A stretch of 64,000 nt of DNA from Bryobacterales bacterium. GTDB taxonomy: Bacteria > Acidobacteriota > Terriglobia > Bryobacterales > Bryobacteraceae. The stretch lies in NCBI GenBank assembly GCA_963735145.1, contig CAVTJS010000003.1, positions 2,739,194 through 2,803,193 of the forward strand. The letters are read 5' to 3'. Position numbers and translations under genes: made by a program. The stretch's first letter is position 1; each line of letters starts with the position of its first letter. This document shows positions 9,587 to 18,771 of the stretch, piece after piece. The notes beneath the pieces are model-generated. The model did not search any database, was not told where the DNA came from, and worked only from the letters and a program-made list of their open reading frames with translations.

Positions 9587-10359
9587 CTAGATCCCTTTGA
9601 TCTCGCCGCCATCCATCCGGACGGAAGCGCCAGTAAGCCAGCGGGCCTCCTTGGAAACCAGGTACGCCATCAGGCCCGCAATCTCCTCCGGTTCACCATA
9701 GCGAGCGATACCGGCCTCCTCGGGAAACTGCTTCATGGCCTCTTCCACGCTCATTCCGTGCGCCGGCGCCCAATGATCGAGAAAAGATCGGCGGCGGCCG
9801 GTCATCACAGCACCCGGCACTACGCTGTTGACTTGGACTCCGTCTTTAATGCCTTGTTCGGCGAAGGCCTTCGCGAGCGCGATGATCGCCGCGTTGATGG
9901 TCGCTACCGCGGCGAAGCCCGGCTTCGGATCTAGCGCCGCGCTTCCGGAGATCAGCACGACAGCACCTTTGGAAGCCTTCAGTGCATCCCAGGCTCTGAT
10001 CGTGAGCCGGCGCGCACCGTGCAGCTTCAGCGCCAAGCCGTCCTCCCACTGCGCGTCCGTCATCTCGAACAAATCGATCTGCGGGACCGCGCCAGCAATG
10101 TTTATCAGAGCGTCGATTCTTCCGAAGCGATCGAGCGTCCCCTGGACCAGGGTCTCGGCCGAGCCAGGCTGGCGCAGATCGAGCGCGTAAATCAGGGGCT
10201 CGGCGCCGGCAGACTGTACCGCACAAGCAGTTTTCTTCAATTCATCCTCTTGCCTCGCGGCCAGAACAACGGCTTCGAAATCGCCTGCCAGGCGTATCGC
10301 GGTGGCACGGCGATTCCCTGGCTCGCTCCAGTGACGATGGCAACGGATTGATCAGGCAT
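9587..10359 (-). pseudogene. SDR-family oxidoreductase, frameshifted near the cofactor-binding loop
   Basis: The ORF 9587-10240 lacks the Rossmann start. Upstream, an ATG at 10359 gives MPDQSVAIVTGASQGI, and then the frame breaks at about 10310. The expected GIGRATAIRLAGDFEAVVLAARQEDELKK.. is readable in the frame of the long ORF. The start overlaps the stop of the upstream hydrolase gene. Confidence 0.7.
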
Positions 10360-11095
10360 GCGTCCTTCCTAACAGTTGGCCTGACAGTTCGCGTTCGGCT
10401 GCAAGCGTCTCCCCTGCCGCTTCCAAAATCACGCCCGCTACTACTTCGGGCGCCGTATGCATCGGAGTGTGGTCCACGTTGTGCGTTCGGATCTTTGCGC
10501 CCATGCGCTCCGCCATATAGCGCTGCGTCTCCGGCGCAATCATGCGATCCTCTTCCGCTAACAGAAACCACGACGGCTTCGTTTTCCAGGCCGGCACATC
10601 CGCTTTCTCCTGAATGCATTTCAGCGCGATCGGCCGCTGCACCGCTTCCAAAATTCTGGCCTGTTCCGGCGAGACTCTGTGCGCGACGGCGCGGGCAAAG
10701 AACCCGTCGGGCATCCAGATAAACCCATGCGCATCGGGCTCGAGATGCGGCGCTTCAGAATGCGGCTTAGCGCGATAAAAGACATCGGCAACCGTCTCAC
10801 CTTGAGCGGGCGCGAGCGCCGCAACGTATACCAGCGACTTTACCCGGTCATCCTTCGCACCGGCGATGACAGCGCCCGCATAGGCATGTCCCGCCAGCAG
10901 CACCGGTCCACCGGTTCGCTCAATCACGCGCTCGAGAGCGGCGATGTCCTCGGTAAGTGATGTAAGCGGAATCGGCGCACACGTTACTTTGAGGCCTTCT
11001 TTTCGCAGCGGCAAAATCACGTTCTGCCAACAGGAACCGTCAGCCCACGCGCCGTGGACCAACACGACTGTGGCCTTTTGAGCAAAGGAGCTCAT
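10352..11095 (-). CDS. alpha/beta hydrolase
   Basis: 247-aa ORF. It has a typical N-terminus (VVLVHGAWADGSCWQNVILPLRKEGLKV) and a nucleophile-elbow region (LAGHAYAGAV). It overlaps the upstream gene by 4 nt. Confidence 0.8.
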   Translation of the reverse strand: MSSFAQKATVVLVHGAWADGSCWQNVILPLRKEGLKVTCAPIPLTSLTEDIAALERVIERTGGPVLLAGHAYAGAVIAGAKDDRVKSLVYVAALAPAQGETVADVFYRAKPHSEAPHLEPDAHGFIWMPDGFFARAVAHRVSPEQARILEAVQRPIALKCIQEKADVPAWKTKPSWFLLAEEDRMIAPETQRYMAERMGAKIRTHNVDHTPMHTAPEVVAGVILEAAGETLAAERELSGQLLGRTHA

Positions 11096-12057
11096 TGCAC
11101 TGCTCTATTCGCTCGAAGAAACTCTTTCATCGCGGCCGCGATTTCGACCACATGCGTCTCGATGGCGAAATGCCCGGTATCGAGGAACTCGACCCGTGCG
11201 TTGGGTATGTCCTTTCGAAATGCTTCGGCGCCCGCCGGGATGAAGAATGGATCGTTCTTGCCCCAAATGGCAAGCAGCGGCGGCCGCGCTTTCCGAAAGT
11301 AATCCTGAAATGCCGGGTATAGCTTCACGTTCGACGCGTAGTCGAGAAACAAATCCAGCTGGATATCTTTATTCCCCGGACGCTCCAGCAGAGCCGCATC
11401 CAACGTGTACGATTCCGGCGGAACGCTGTCCGGATCGCTTACGCCATGCGTGTACTGCCAGCGCGTTCCTTCCAGCGTCAGAATGTTCTTACGGATTACC
11501 TCTCGGTTTTCTGGCGTTGCCTCAGCCCAATATTTCCGAATCGGCCCCCAGGCATCGCCCAGCCCTTCTTCATAGGCGTTCCCGTTTTGTGAAACGATCG
11601 CTGTCACTCGATCCGGGTGAGCCATCGCCAGACGGAATCCGGTTGGAGCGCCATAGTCGAACACATACAGTGCATAACGCCTGAGTTTGAGCGCTTGCGT
11701 AAAAGAGTTCAGCGTCGCGGCCAACCCATCGAATGAGTAAACGTATCTGCGCTCGGCCGGCACTTCTGTAAATCCAAAACCGGGGAGGTCCGGCGCGATC
11801 ACCCTGTAGTCGTCGGCTAGTCGGGGGATGAGTTCGCGGAACATGAACGATGATGCCGGGAAACCGTGAAGCAACAGAACTACCGGCGAACTTGGGTCGC
11901 CGGCCGCCCGGTAGAAGACATCGACTCCATCTGCTTCAACCTTGTGTATGGACGTGACAGGCACGAAGAATCCGGGACTCTTCGCCGTTTGGGTGGAACG
12001 AGCTTGACTCATGGTTATTGGCATGGCACACGACAAGCCAAAATGAAAAGATTTCAA
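11092..12057 (-). CDS. alpha/beta hydrolase (epoxide hydrolase/haloalkane dehalogenase-like)
   Basis: 321-aa ORF with LLLHGFPASSFMFRELIPRLADDYRVIAPDLPGFGFT and a VFDYGAP nucleophile region. The true start may be the internal MPITMSQ. Confidence 0.8.
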   Translation of the reverse strand: MKSFHFGLSCAMPITMSQARSTQTAKSPGFFVPVTSIHKVEADGVDVFYRAAGDPSSPVVLLLHGFPASSFMFRELIPRLADDYRVIAPDLPGFGFTEVPAERRYVYSFDGLAATLNSFTQALKLRRYALYVFDYGAPTGFRLAMAHPDRVTAIVSQNGNAYEEGLGDAWGPIRKYWAEATPENREVIRKNILTLEGTRWQYTHGVSDPDSVPPESYTLDAALLERPGNKDIQLDLFLDYASNVKLYPAFQDYFRKARPPLLAIWGKNDPFFIPAGAEAFRKDIPNARVEFLDTGHFAIETHVVEIAAAMKEFLRANRAVQ

Positions 12058-12280
12058 TTAGGAGTCGCCGGGAGGCGGTAAGCTTCTGGGCTGGCAGGTT
12101 TTCGAAGCGATCAGAGTGAGCCAATCTTGCCTTCAGCTGACCAAATAGGGACAGACCGCCGACACACTGACCGCCTTCGGTCACGCCTTTCGTCGCGGTC
12201 ACTTCGGTGACAGATTTGTGAGAGCGAGAGGGTGGTTTATTGGGCGCGGCGTCAAACGCACGACTATAAACTCATGGAAG

Positions 12281-13159
12281 TCACTTGATCTTGTCCAGGC
12301 CCTCGGTCAGCTCGATTGAGACTCCCCAAGGGTCGATGATGGTTGCCGTGGCGATGTTGTTCATGGCTGGGTCTCTTTTCTGGTAAGGCCGAACGGCCTG
12401 GATACCCTTCGCTTCGAGGGCCTTCGAGAACGCCTCCAGGTTCTTCACTTCAAATCCCACGTGATCTACAACGCGGCCGGCGGTCGGGACGTGAGTGATG
12501 GACTGATCGCCTTCCCAGCGGAAGAAGTTGAGGCTGTAGCCGACGCCCGGCAGGTCGGCGCCAATGAAGAAGTCGGTTTGTCCTGGACGCAAAGTCGCAT
12601 CGAACGCCTTCATGTACCACTGCTGCATCTCTACGTACTGCTTGTTGATGAAGTGGATGTGATGCGCCACGATAGGGGGCGCGTCTTTTTCAGCGCTGGT
12701 AACGAGCTCGATTTTTGCCCCGTCAGGGCCGAGAAAATACGCAAAGCGTCCATACACTGCCGACGTGCCCGATTTCGCCGGGGGTGGGTCACCAGGCTTC
12801 GGCTCCCGCCCTGTGGTTTCCTGATATCCCGCGGCTGCCAGCTTAGCCGCCATCGCCGGCACGTCCGGCACGGCGAAGCCGATGTGATCGAAGGCGGTGC
12901 CGCGGGTGGGGCCGGTTGGCTTCTGCACGCGCAGGAAGATGAACGCGTCGGGAAACTCGATTACATCGATGTCGCCGAACTTCATTGCTCTTCCGCCGAG
13001 CGTGTCGGCCCAAAACTTCTTATGGGCATCGATGCTCGTGACGTTGAGGTGATAGTGGCCGATGCGGACCGGTGCGTCCGGATGACTGACGAGTTGGGCC
13101 AAAGCAGGCAGCGCCGCGCATGACATCAGCGCCGCTAGAGGGAGAATAGCTATTTTCAT
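12281..13159 (-). CDS. secreted two-domain VOC (glyoxalase/dioxygenase-fold) protein
   Basis: 292-aa ORF with a signal peptide and two VOC modules (HYHLNVTSIDAHKKFWADTLGG..DHIGFAVPDV and HHIHFINK..DHVGFEVKNLEAF). It is a paralogue of the next gene. Confidence 0.8.
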   Translation of the reverse strand: MKIAILPLAALMSCAALPALAQLVSHPDAPVRIGHYHLNVTSIDAHKKFWADTLGGRAMKFGDIDVIEFPDAFIFLRVQKPTGPTRGTAFDHIGFAVPDVPAMAAKLAAAGYQETTGREPKPGDPPPAKSGTSAVYGRFAYFLGPDGAKIELVTSAEKDAPPIVAHHIHFINKQYVEMQQWYMKAFDATLRPGQTDFFIGADLPGVGYSLNFFRWEGDQSITHVPTAGRVVDHVGFEVKNLEAFSKALEAKGIQAVRPYQKRDPAMNNIATATIIDPWGVSIELTEGLDKIK

Positions 13160-13170
13160 TTGACGTAACC

Positions 13171-14043
13171 CTACTTGAAGTCAGCGAGTCCTTCCGTCAT
13201 TTCGATGTTCGTTCCCCAGGGATCTTTGATGAACGCGATCGCAATACCAAGCTGGGGCACCTTGGTGTAGGGACGATCCAGTTTGATGCCCTGGGCTTCG
13301 AGCTTCTTGGTGAACGCCTCGAGGTTCTTGATCTCGAAGCCGATGTGGTCGATCGCTCGGCCGGTGGTGCCGACGGTCGGCGTCGGAGACGGCGAGAAGT
13401 TCAGGAACACACCGGGCAGTTGATCCTGCACGAACGCGGCCCCCGGATTGGCCGGAAGCATCGTCGCGCCGAACGTCTTTGCGTACCAGGCCTGCATCTC
13501 GGTGTTCGTCTGCCCGAAGAAGTGGATGTGATGAAGCTGAATGGGGGCCTTCTGCGATTTGACTTCGACGAGTTCCACTTTGACATCCTCAGGACCGAGC
13601 ACAAACGCGATGTTCGTCGTCGGACTGGCGGCCGCGATGTCGTCGGTCACCTTCACGTTCGCGGCCACCGAATCGGAGGTGATCATTTTGAAGCCGTTCG
13701 CCTTGATCTTCGCCACTACCGGCCTGAGATCGGGAACCGAAAAGCCGATGTGGTTAACCGTCGTGCCGATGGAGCCGCCCGTCGGCGCCTGCATCGGACG
13801 GAAAAAAATCAGAACATTCGGGAACTTGATGATCTCCTGCTTCCGGTCACCGGAACCGACCTTGGCCACGCTGCCGCCCAGCGTGTCGGCATAGAACTTC
13901 TTCTGTGCTTCCATGTTCGTGGTGTTCAGATGGTGGTGCCCGTACACCACCGGACCTTCTCCGGCAACCAGAATCTGCGCACCAGCAACGGCCGGCGCCG
14001 ACACCAGGATGGTAAGCCCGATTCCGTTCAAAAAACGTTTCAT
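13171..14043 (-). CDS. secreted two-domain VOC protein (tandem paralogue)
   Basis: Within ORF 13171-14502, the plausible start is the ATG at 14043 (MKRFLNGIGLTILVSAPAVAGA), preceded by AGGAG at a 6-nt spacing. It has the same domain order and motifs as 12281-13159 (HHHLNTTNMEAQKKFYADTLGG, NHIGFSVPDL, HHIHFFG, DHIGFEIKNLEAF). Confidence 0.8.
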   Translation of the reverse strand: MKRFLNGIGLTILVSAPAVAGAQILVAGEGPVVYGHHHLNTTNMEAQKKFYADTLGGSVAKVGSGDRKQEIIKFPNVLIFFRPMQAPTGGSIGTTVNHIGFSVPDLRPVVAKIKANGFKMITSDSVAANVKVTDDIAAASPTTNIAFVLGPEDVKVELVEVKSQKAPIQLHHIHFFGQTNTEMQAWYAKTFGATMLPANPGAAFVQDQLPGVFLNFSPSPTPTVGTTGRAIDHIGFEIKNLEAFTKKLEAQGIKLDRPYTKVPQLGIAIAFIKDPWGTNIEMTEGLADFK

Positions 14044-14384
14044 GAACATCTCCTGGTCGCCAAGTCTACCATTCCGGAATTGGGCTGAAGATGTCTCAAC
14101 TTCGGACTTGCCCGTTATAGGGCTCGGAACCACCGGCGGGCGCCACAGAAATAGGCGGAACGCGAGTGTGAGCGATCCCAACAGTAACGTAGAATTGGTG
14201 GTCGAACGGATTACTTCCGGTTGGCCCGTCAGGACAACCCTTGAAAGTTGGGTAGTATGGTCCTCGGTGCCGATTACCCAGGCAGGGACAAATGTGAACC
14301 AAGGCGAAGTGCCCTTGCGGATGAAATACCGGCGGCTTCTGGCGGTCGCGCTGGGGTTGGCATTGCAGGCGGGATAAGGATCAA

Positions 14385-15867
14385 ATGAATCGAAGGGATT
14401 TTGTGCGGCTTGGATGGGCCACCGTGATCGGGGCGGGGGCAGGCAAGCTGCGGCCCGCGTTCGCTCAGTCGCTAGCGCTCCGGCAGGTTCCGGGGCCGCC
14501 ACCGCATCCGATGGTGGCGAGCTTGGAACCGAAGGCCACCGGGCGCGCGGCGGATTTCACCCTGCGGATCGCACCGATGATGGTCGAGCTGGCACCCCAG
14601 GTTGTGCTCAGCACTATCGGCTACAGCAACCAGGTCCCCGGTCCCTTGCTGCGGATGCGAGAGGGCCAGCGCGTCGCCGTAGAGGTTGTGAACGACACGG
14701 ACGTTCCTGAATACGTGCATTGGCACGGTTTGTTCGTTCCCTCGGACGTGGACGGGGCGGAGGAAGAAGGTACACCCCCGGTGCCTCCGCATGGCCGCCG
14801 GCGTTATCAATTCGTGGCCAAGCCGGCGGGTTCGCGATGGTACCACTCGCATACCGAGGCCATGCTGGATCTGCATCGCGGCGCCTACACCGGCCAGTTC
14901 GGCTTTCTCATGATCGATTCCGCGAATGACCCTGGGCTCTACGATCAAGAAGTCTTTCTGGCGCTGCGTGAATGGGAGCCTTATCTGACCACGATGGATC
15001 AGGACGAGGAGCGGCCGGATCCCAGCGATCCGATGCCCGAAAAACCCGCCACTCCAGACAAGCGTCCCAACGGGCTCGAAATCAGCGCTCCTCTTTATTC
15101 GATCAACGACAAAATGCTCGGTGCGGGGGAGCCCCTCCGCGTGCGAGCGGGTCAGCGCATCCTGATGCACCTGCTCAACGCCAGCGCTTCGCAAATTCAT
15201 CGCGTGGCGCTTTATCGGTCACAAATTTCAGGTGATCGCTCTCGACGGCAATCCCGTGCCCGCGCCTCAGCGGGTCGATGTGATTGAGATCGCCCCGGGC
15301 GAGCGCGTGGATGCGATCGTGGAGATGAATCAGCCGGGCGTTTGGATTTTAGGGGAGCTGCGCAATGTCGCGCGGCAATCCGGCATGGGCATCGTGGTGG
15401 AGTACGCCGATCAGAAGCAGCGCGCGCAATGGCATCCGCCTCCGAAGGCGCGCTGGGACTACACAATCTTTGGCACGACCGCGCCGCATTCCGCGCCGGA
15501 CGAGACCATCGACATGGTCTTTGAAAAAGTGCCTGGCGGGCCCGGCGGGATCAATCACTGGCTCATCAACGGCAAGGAATATCCGCATGAACGGGAATTC
15601 GTGTTCCGTCAGGGAAGGCGCTACCGGCTCGTGTTTCACAATCGCAGTGACGATTCTCACCCGCTGCACATCCACCGGCACCTGTTCGAGCTTGTCGAGC
15701 TCAACGGCAAACCGACTGCCGGCATCAAGAAGGATACTGTGATCGTTCCCGCATTTGGACGCGCCGCCGTGGATCTGGTCGCCGACCAACCGGGCCTCAC
15801 GCTGTTTCACTGCCATATCCAGCAGCACATGGACTTTGGTTTCAAGGCGCTGTTTCGCTACGCCTAA
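14385..15867 (+). pseudogene. Tat-exported multicopper oxidase, frameshifted
   Basis: ORFs 14385-15287 and 15232-15867 together carry the four copper-site motifs (HWHGLF, WYHSH, HPLHIHRH, HCHIQQHMDFGF) and a Tat signal (MNRRDFVRLGWA). The frame breaks at about 15210-15216. HRVALY/GHKFQVIALDG is restored by removing 1 nt. Confidence 0.8.
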
Positions 15868-16137
15868 GCGCCGCATCGCCTGCAAACCTGGCGGGGTGGT
15901 GGTTCTAGGAAGCCTACGGTTGTGCATCTGTCGAGCGGCATGGCTTGAAACCGGTGGTTATGAATCGACGACGGATTCGCTTACGGCAAGCCTCTTTAGT
16001 CCTCGGTAGCGTCAAGCGCCCCCACAATAATCTCTGATACGGCTTTTTCACACGTTCGACATACAAACGAAATATTGAAGGGATAAACTCACCACTTTGG
16101 CAACTATCCAACTACAAGTCCGAAAGGGAGGAACTGC

Positions 16138-17604
16138 ATGAAGACGATCCGGGGAAGGTTCCGAGCGGCAGTGCTCATGGGAGCTTCCGTCTCGATGCTG
16201 GGATTTGCGCCTGGGGCAAGGGCACAGTTTCCATTTCCGATCGGCAATTCGACGCCGAACGACAATCCGTGGCCTTACGCAACAACAACGGGCCGCTCGC
16301 CCGTGCTTGCGGTGGTTGGCGACATCGCCTGCCAGCCAGGCGGGGAGGCGACCGATGAGGCTTCGGGTGAAACCTGCACCACCGCCTCGTCCCCCTACAA
16401 CAGCACCTCTCTGTGGCAATCCCAGGAGGCCACTGCGAATCAGATTGAGAATATGAAGCCTGCCGCCGTCGCGCTCCTCGGAGATCTGCAATACCAGGTA
16501 GGCCGATATTCGGACTTTGAGGGATCGTTCGATTTGACGTATGGCGCTTTTAAATTTCTCCACCGGCCTGCGCCCGGCAACCACGAGTTTTATGACGAGC
16601 ATGGCGAGACCGGCGTTGGCGGCTACGGCTACTTCTCCTACTACAACGGCTTCCTGGTCGATACCACCAGTGGCGCTAGTGAGGGTATGCCTCTGATGGC
16701 TACGATCTCGGACCCGTGTCCCGTACCCAACAGCAGTTGCAAGGCGGGCAAGACCCCAGTTGCGGACCTCTCCCCCCAACCCATTCCGCGGGCGTATGGA
16801 CAGGCGGGGTATTTCGCGCCGGCGGGCGGACTCGAAACCGCGACATATTACAACGGCCCCTTGGCCGGCACCCCGGCCCCAGTCGGAGTCGGAGATGGCT
16901 GGTACTCCTACAATCTGGGCTCGTGGCACCTGATTTCGCTCAATATAGAGTGCTATACGCAGCCGGGCGGCTGTTCGAGCACGGGCACCTGGTTTGCCTC
17001 CGAGCTCCAATGGCTGAAAAGCGATCTCGCGGCGAATCAATCCGCGTGCACACTCGCCTACTGGCACCAGCCCACGTTCAGCGCCACTAACGGCATCACC
17101 GAGGAGGGCGTGACCGCTCAGGCCTTTTGGGAACTGCTCTACAAGTACGGAGCCGACCTGGTGCTGAACGGACACGACCACCTCTATGCCCGCTACCGCC
17201 CCCTGGACCCCTCCGGGAATTACGATCCAAACAAGGGCATACGGGAATTCATCGTGGGCACCGGCGGCGAGACACTCGATCCGATCTTCGTAACCTCTGT
17301 GACGGCCGCCCAGGCCGCGTCCACGGGTGCCACCGAAACAAACCAGGAGGATCCCACCGGCAACGTGAATTTCAACGCAGAGAATCTCCAGGCGTATACC
17401 GGGGACTACTGGGGTGTGATGGCCCTGACGCTTAATCCGAACGGCTACGCGTGGGATTTCGAGTCGGCACTGGCAGGTCCTACAGCTGCAATCAATGGTC
17501 CTACACTTCCTGCACCGACTGCGAATGGTGGTTATAGCGACAAGGGCGTTGGCACTTGCCACGGCCCGGTTAACCCGTTTGCCATTTTGTCTTCGCCGTT
17601 TTAG
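16138..17604 (+). CDS. secreted calcineurin-like metallophosphoesterase
   Basis: 488-aa ORF with a signal peptide and the phosphoesterase motif series VVGDIACQ, LLGDLQY, GNHEF, GHDHLYARY. Confidence 0.8.
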   Translation: MKTIRGRFRAAVLMGASVSMLGFAPGARAQFPFPIGNSTPNDNPWPYATTTGRSPVLAVVGDIACQPGGEATDEASGETCTTASSPYNSTSLWQSQEATANQIENMKPAAVALLGDLQYQVGRYSDFEGSFDLTYGAFKFLHRPAPGNHEFYDEHGETGVGGYGYFSYYNGFLVDTTSGASEGMPLMATISDPCPVPNSSCKAGKTPVADLSPQPIPRAYGQAGYFAPAGGLETATYYNGPLAGTPAPVGVGDGWYSYNLGSWHLISLNIECYTQPGGCSSTGTWFASELQWLKSDLAANQSACTLAYWHQPTFSATNGITEEGVTAQAFWELLYKYGADLVLNGHDHLYARYRPLDPSGNYDPNKGIREFIVGTGGETLDPIFVTSVTAAQAASTGATETNQEDPTGNVNFNAENLQAYTGDYWGVMALTLNPNGYAWDFESALAGPTAAINGPTLPAPTANGGYSDKGVGTCHGPVNPFAILSSPF

Positions 17605-17612
17605 TTAACCTT

Positions 17613-17651
17613 CCCCACCCTTCGCGAAACGGCGCGGAGGGTGGGGATTTT
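17613..17651 (+). terminator. Rho-independent terminator after the metallophosphoesterase gene
   Basis: CCCCACCCT-TCGCGAAACGGCGCGG-AGGGTGGGG forms a 9-bp GC-rich stem with an inner CGCG/CGCG extension, followed by ATTTT. It starts 9 nt after the stop codon. Confidence 0.7.
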
Positions 17652-17944
17652 ACGTAGCCTTGCCCCCTCCCAATTTTCCATTCCGACAGTGTTTTGTGAT
17701 TCAAAGGCGTTGGTTGCGCTGAGTACGGCGGACGCACCATTGAGCATCCCCCAGCGAAGTTGCTCAGTCAGATCGACTAAGCGCGAGCGCGCAGAAAAAC
17801 AGGCCCTTCGCGCTGCCCCGGCGAATGCGGCAAGCCGTAGCAGCGCTTGCCGCAGGTGCACCACTGTGATACCTTGCGGCGCATGAAGCCAACCCAGATG
17901 GCCGAGCGCAGCTTACACTCAGCAAAGGTTCGCCCAATAAGGAG

Positions 17945-18433
17945 TTGCTCGCAGGTGTGGTATTGCGCCAGCCTGACGTGACTTTCGATCAGGAAGCGAG
18001 GATCGATCTGGGCGGCGTCACGGCGCGCTTGATCTGGTTCGGCGAAGCGCATACCAAAGGCGATGAGTTGACCTTTGTTGAACCGGACCGCACGTTGATT
18101 TCGGGCGACGTGGTGCAGAACAAGACCATACCGATGATCTTCGGCGACGGTGGCACACCTTCCTCGTGGCTCGCGGTGGTGGATAAGGTGGCGGGCCTCA
18201 ACGCCGCGCACGTCCTGCCCGACCATAGTGCTCCCGGCGATGGTTCGCTGGTTGCTGCGGAGCGGAACCTGATAGCAGAAATTCGCACGCGAGCGCTCGC
18301 ACTCAAGCGGCAGGGTATATCGGCGGATGACGCTGGGAAAGAAGTCAGCGCAGGCCTCAAAATGTTACATCCCGATTGGCCCAACACTAATGCAACAGGA
18401 TTCGTCAAGAGCGTTTACGCCGATCATCAATAG
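17945..18433 (+). pseudogene. C-terminal half of an MBL-fold metallo-hydrolase (5'-truncated remnant)
   Basis: The 162-aa ORF matches only the distal part of MBL hydrolases (..WFGEAHTKGDELTFVEPDRTLISGDVV..VLPDHSAPGD..). The HxHxDH core is missing and is not encoded in any frame upstream. Confidence 0.6.
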
Positions 18434-18771
18434 AACGCTGTGATTCGACCTTAGCGGGGAGGCTTCATAGCCCCAGCCCTGTGGAAGAATCCGCCAGTGG
18501 TGCCGATGCCAGTGATCGTCCAGTGGCGGGCTGTTGAAGAAGTGAGCGCTCGAACCTAGCCCCAACGTTCCAAGTCATGATTCGTCCCCGATCCCGAGCC
18601 TGGCCCCCAACGGCGCTCCGGTAATTTGCCCGGCGCCGGATTCAACAACATCCTCGAGCGTTGCGAAGGAGGCGGAAATGGTTCGACAATAATAGAGAAG
18701 GCGTTGGAGTTCACCCTTAACCGCCCCATCGGGGAAGATGACTCCTACCAGGATGTCTCCGGCGGGCTTGT

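Noticed and set aside
14044-14502. N-terminal extension of the second VOC ORF (13171-14502)
   Set aside because: The extension overlaps the multicopper oxidase start region. The signal peptide and a well-spaced RBS begin at 14043, and the resulting length matches the paralogue.
16048-17562. 504-aa minus-strand ORF overlapping the metallophosphoesterase gene
   Set aside because: It is an antisense shadow ORF with a low-complexity Arg/Gly composition. The plus-strand ORF carries the complete phosphoesterase motif set.
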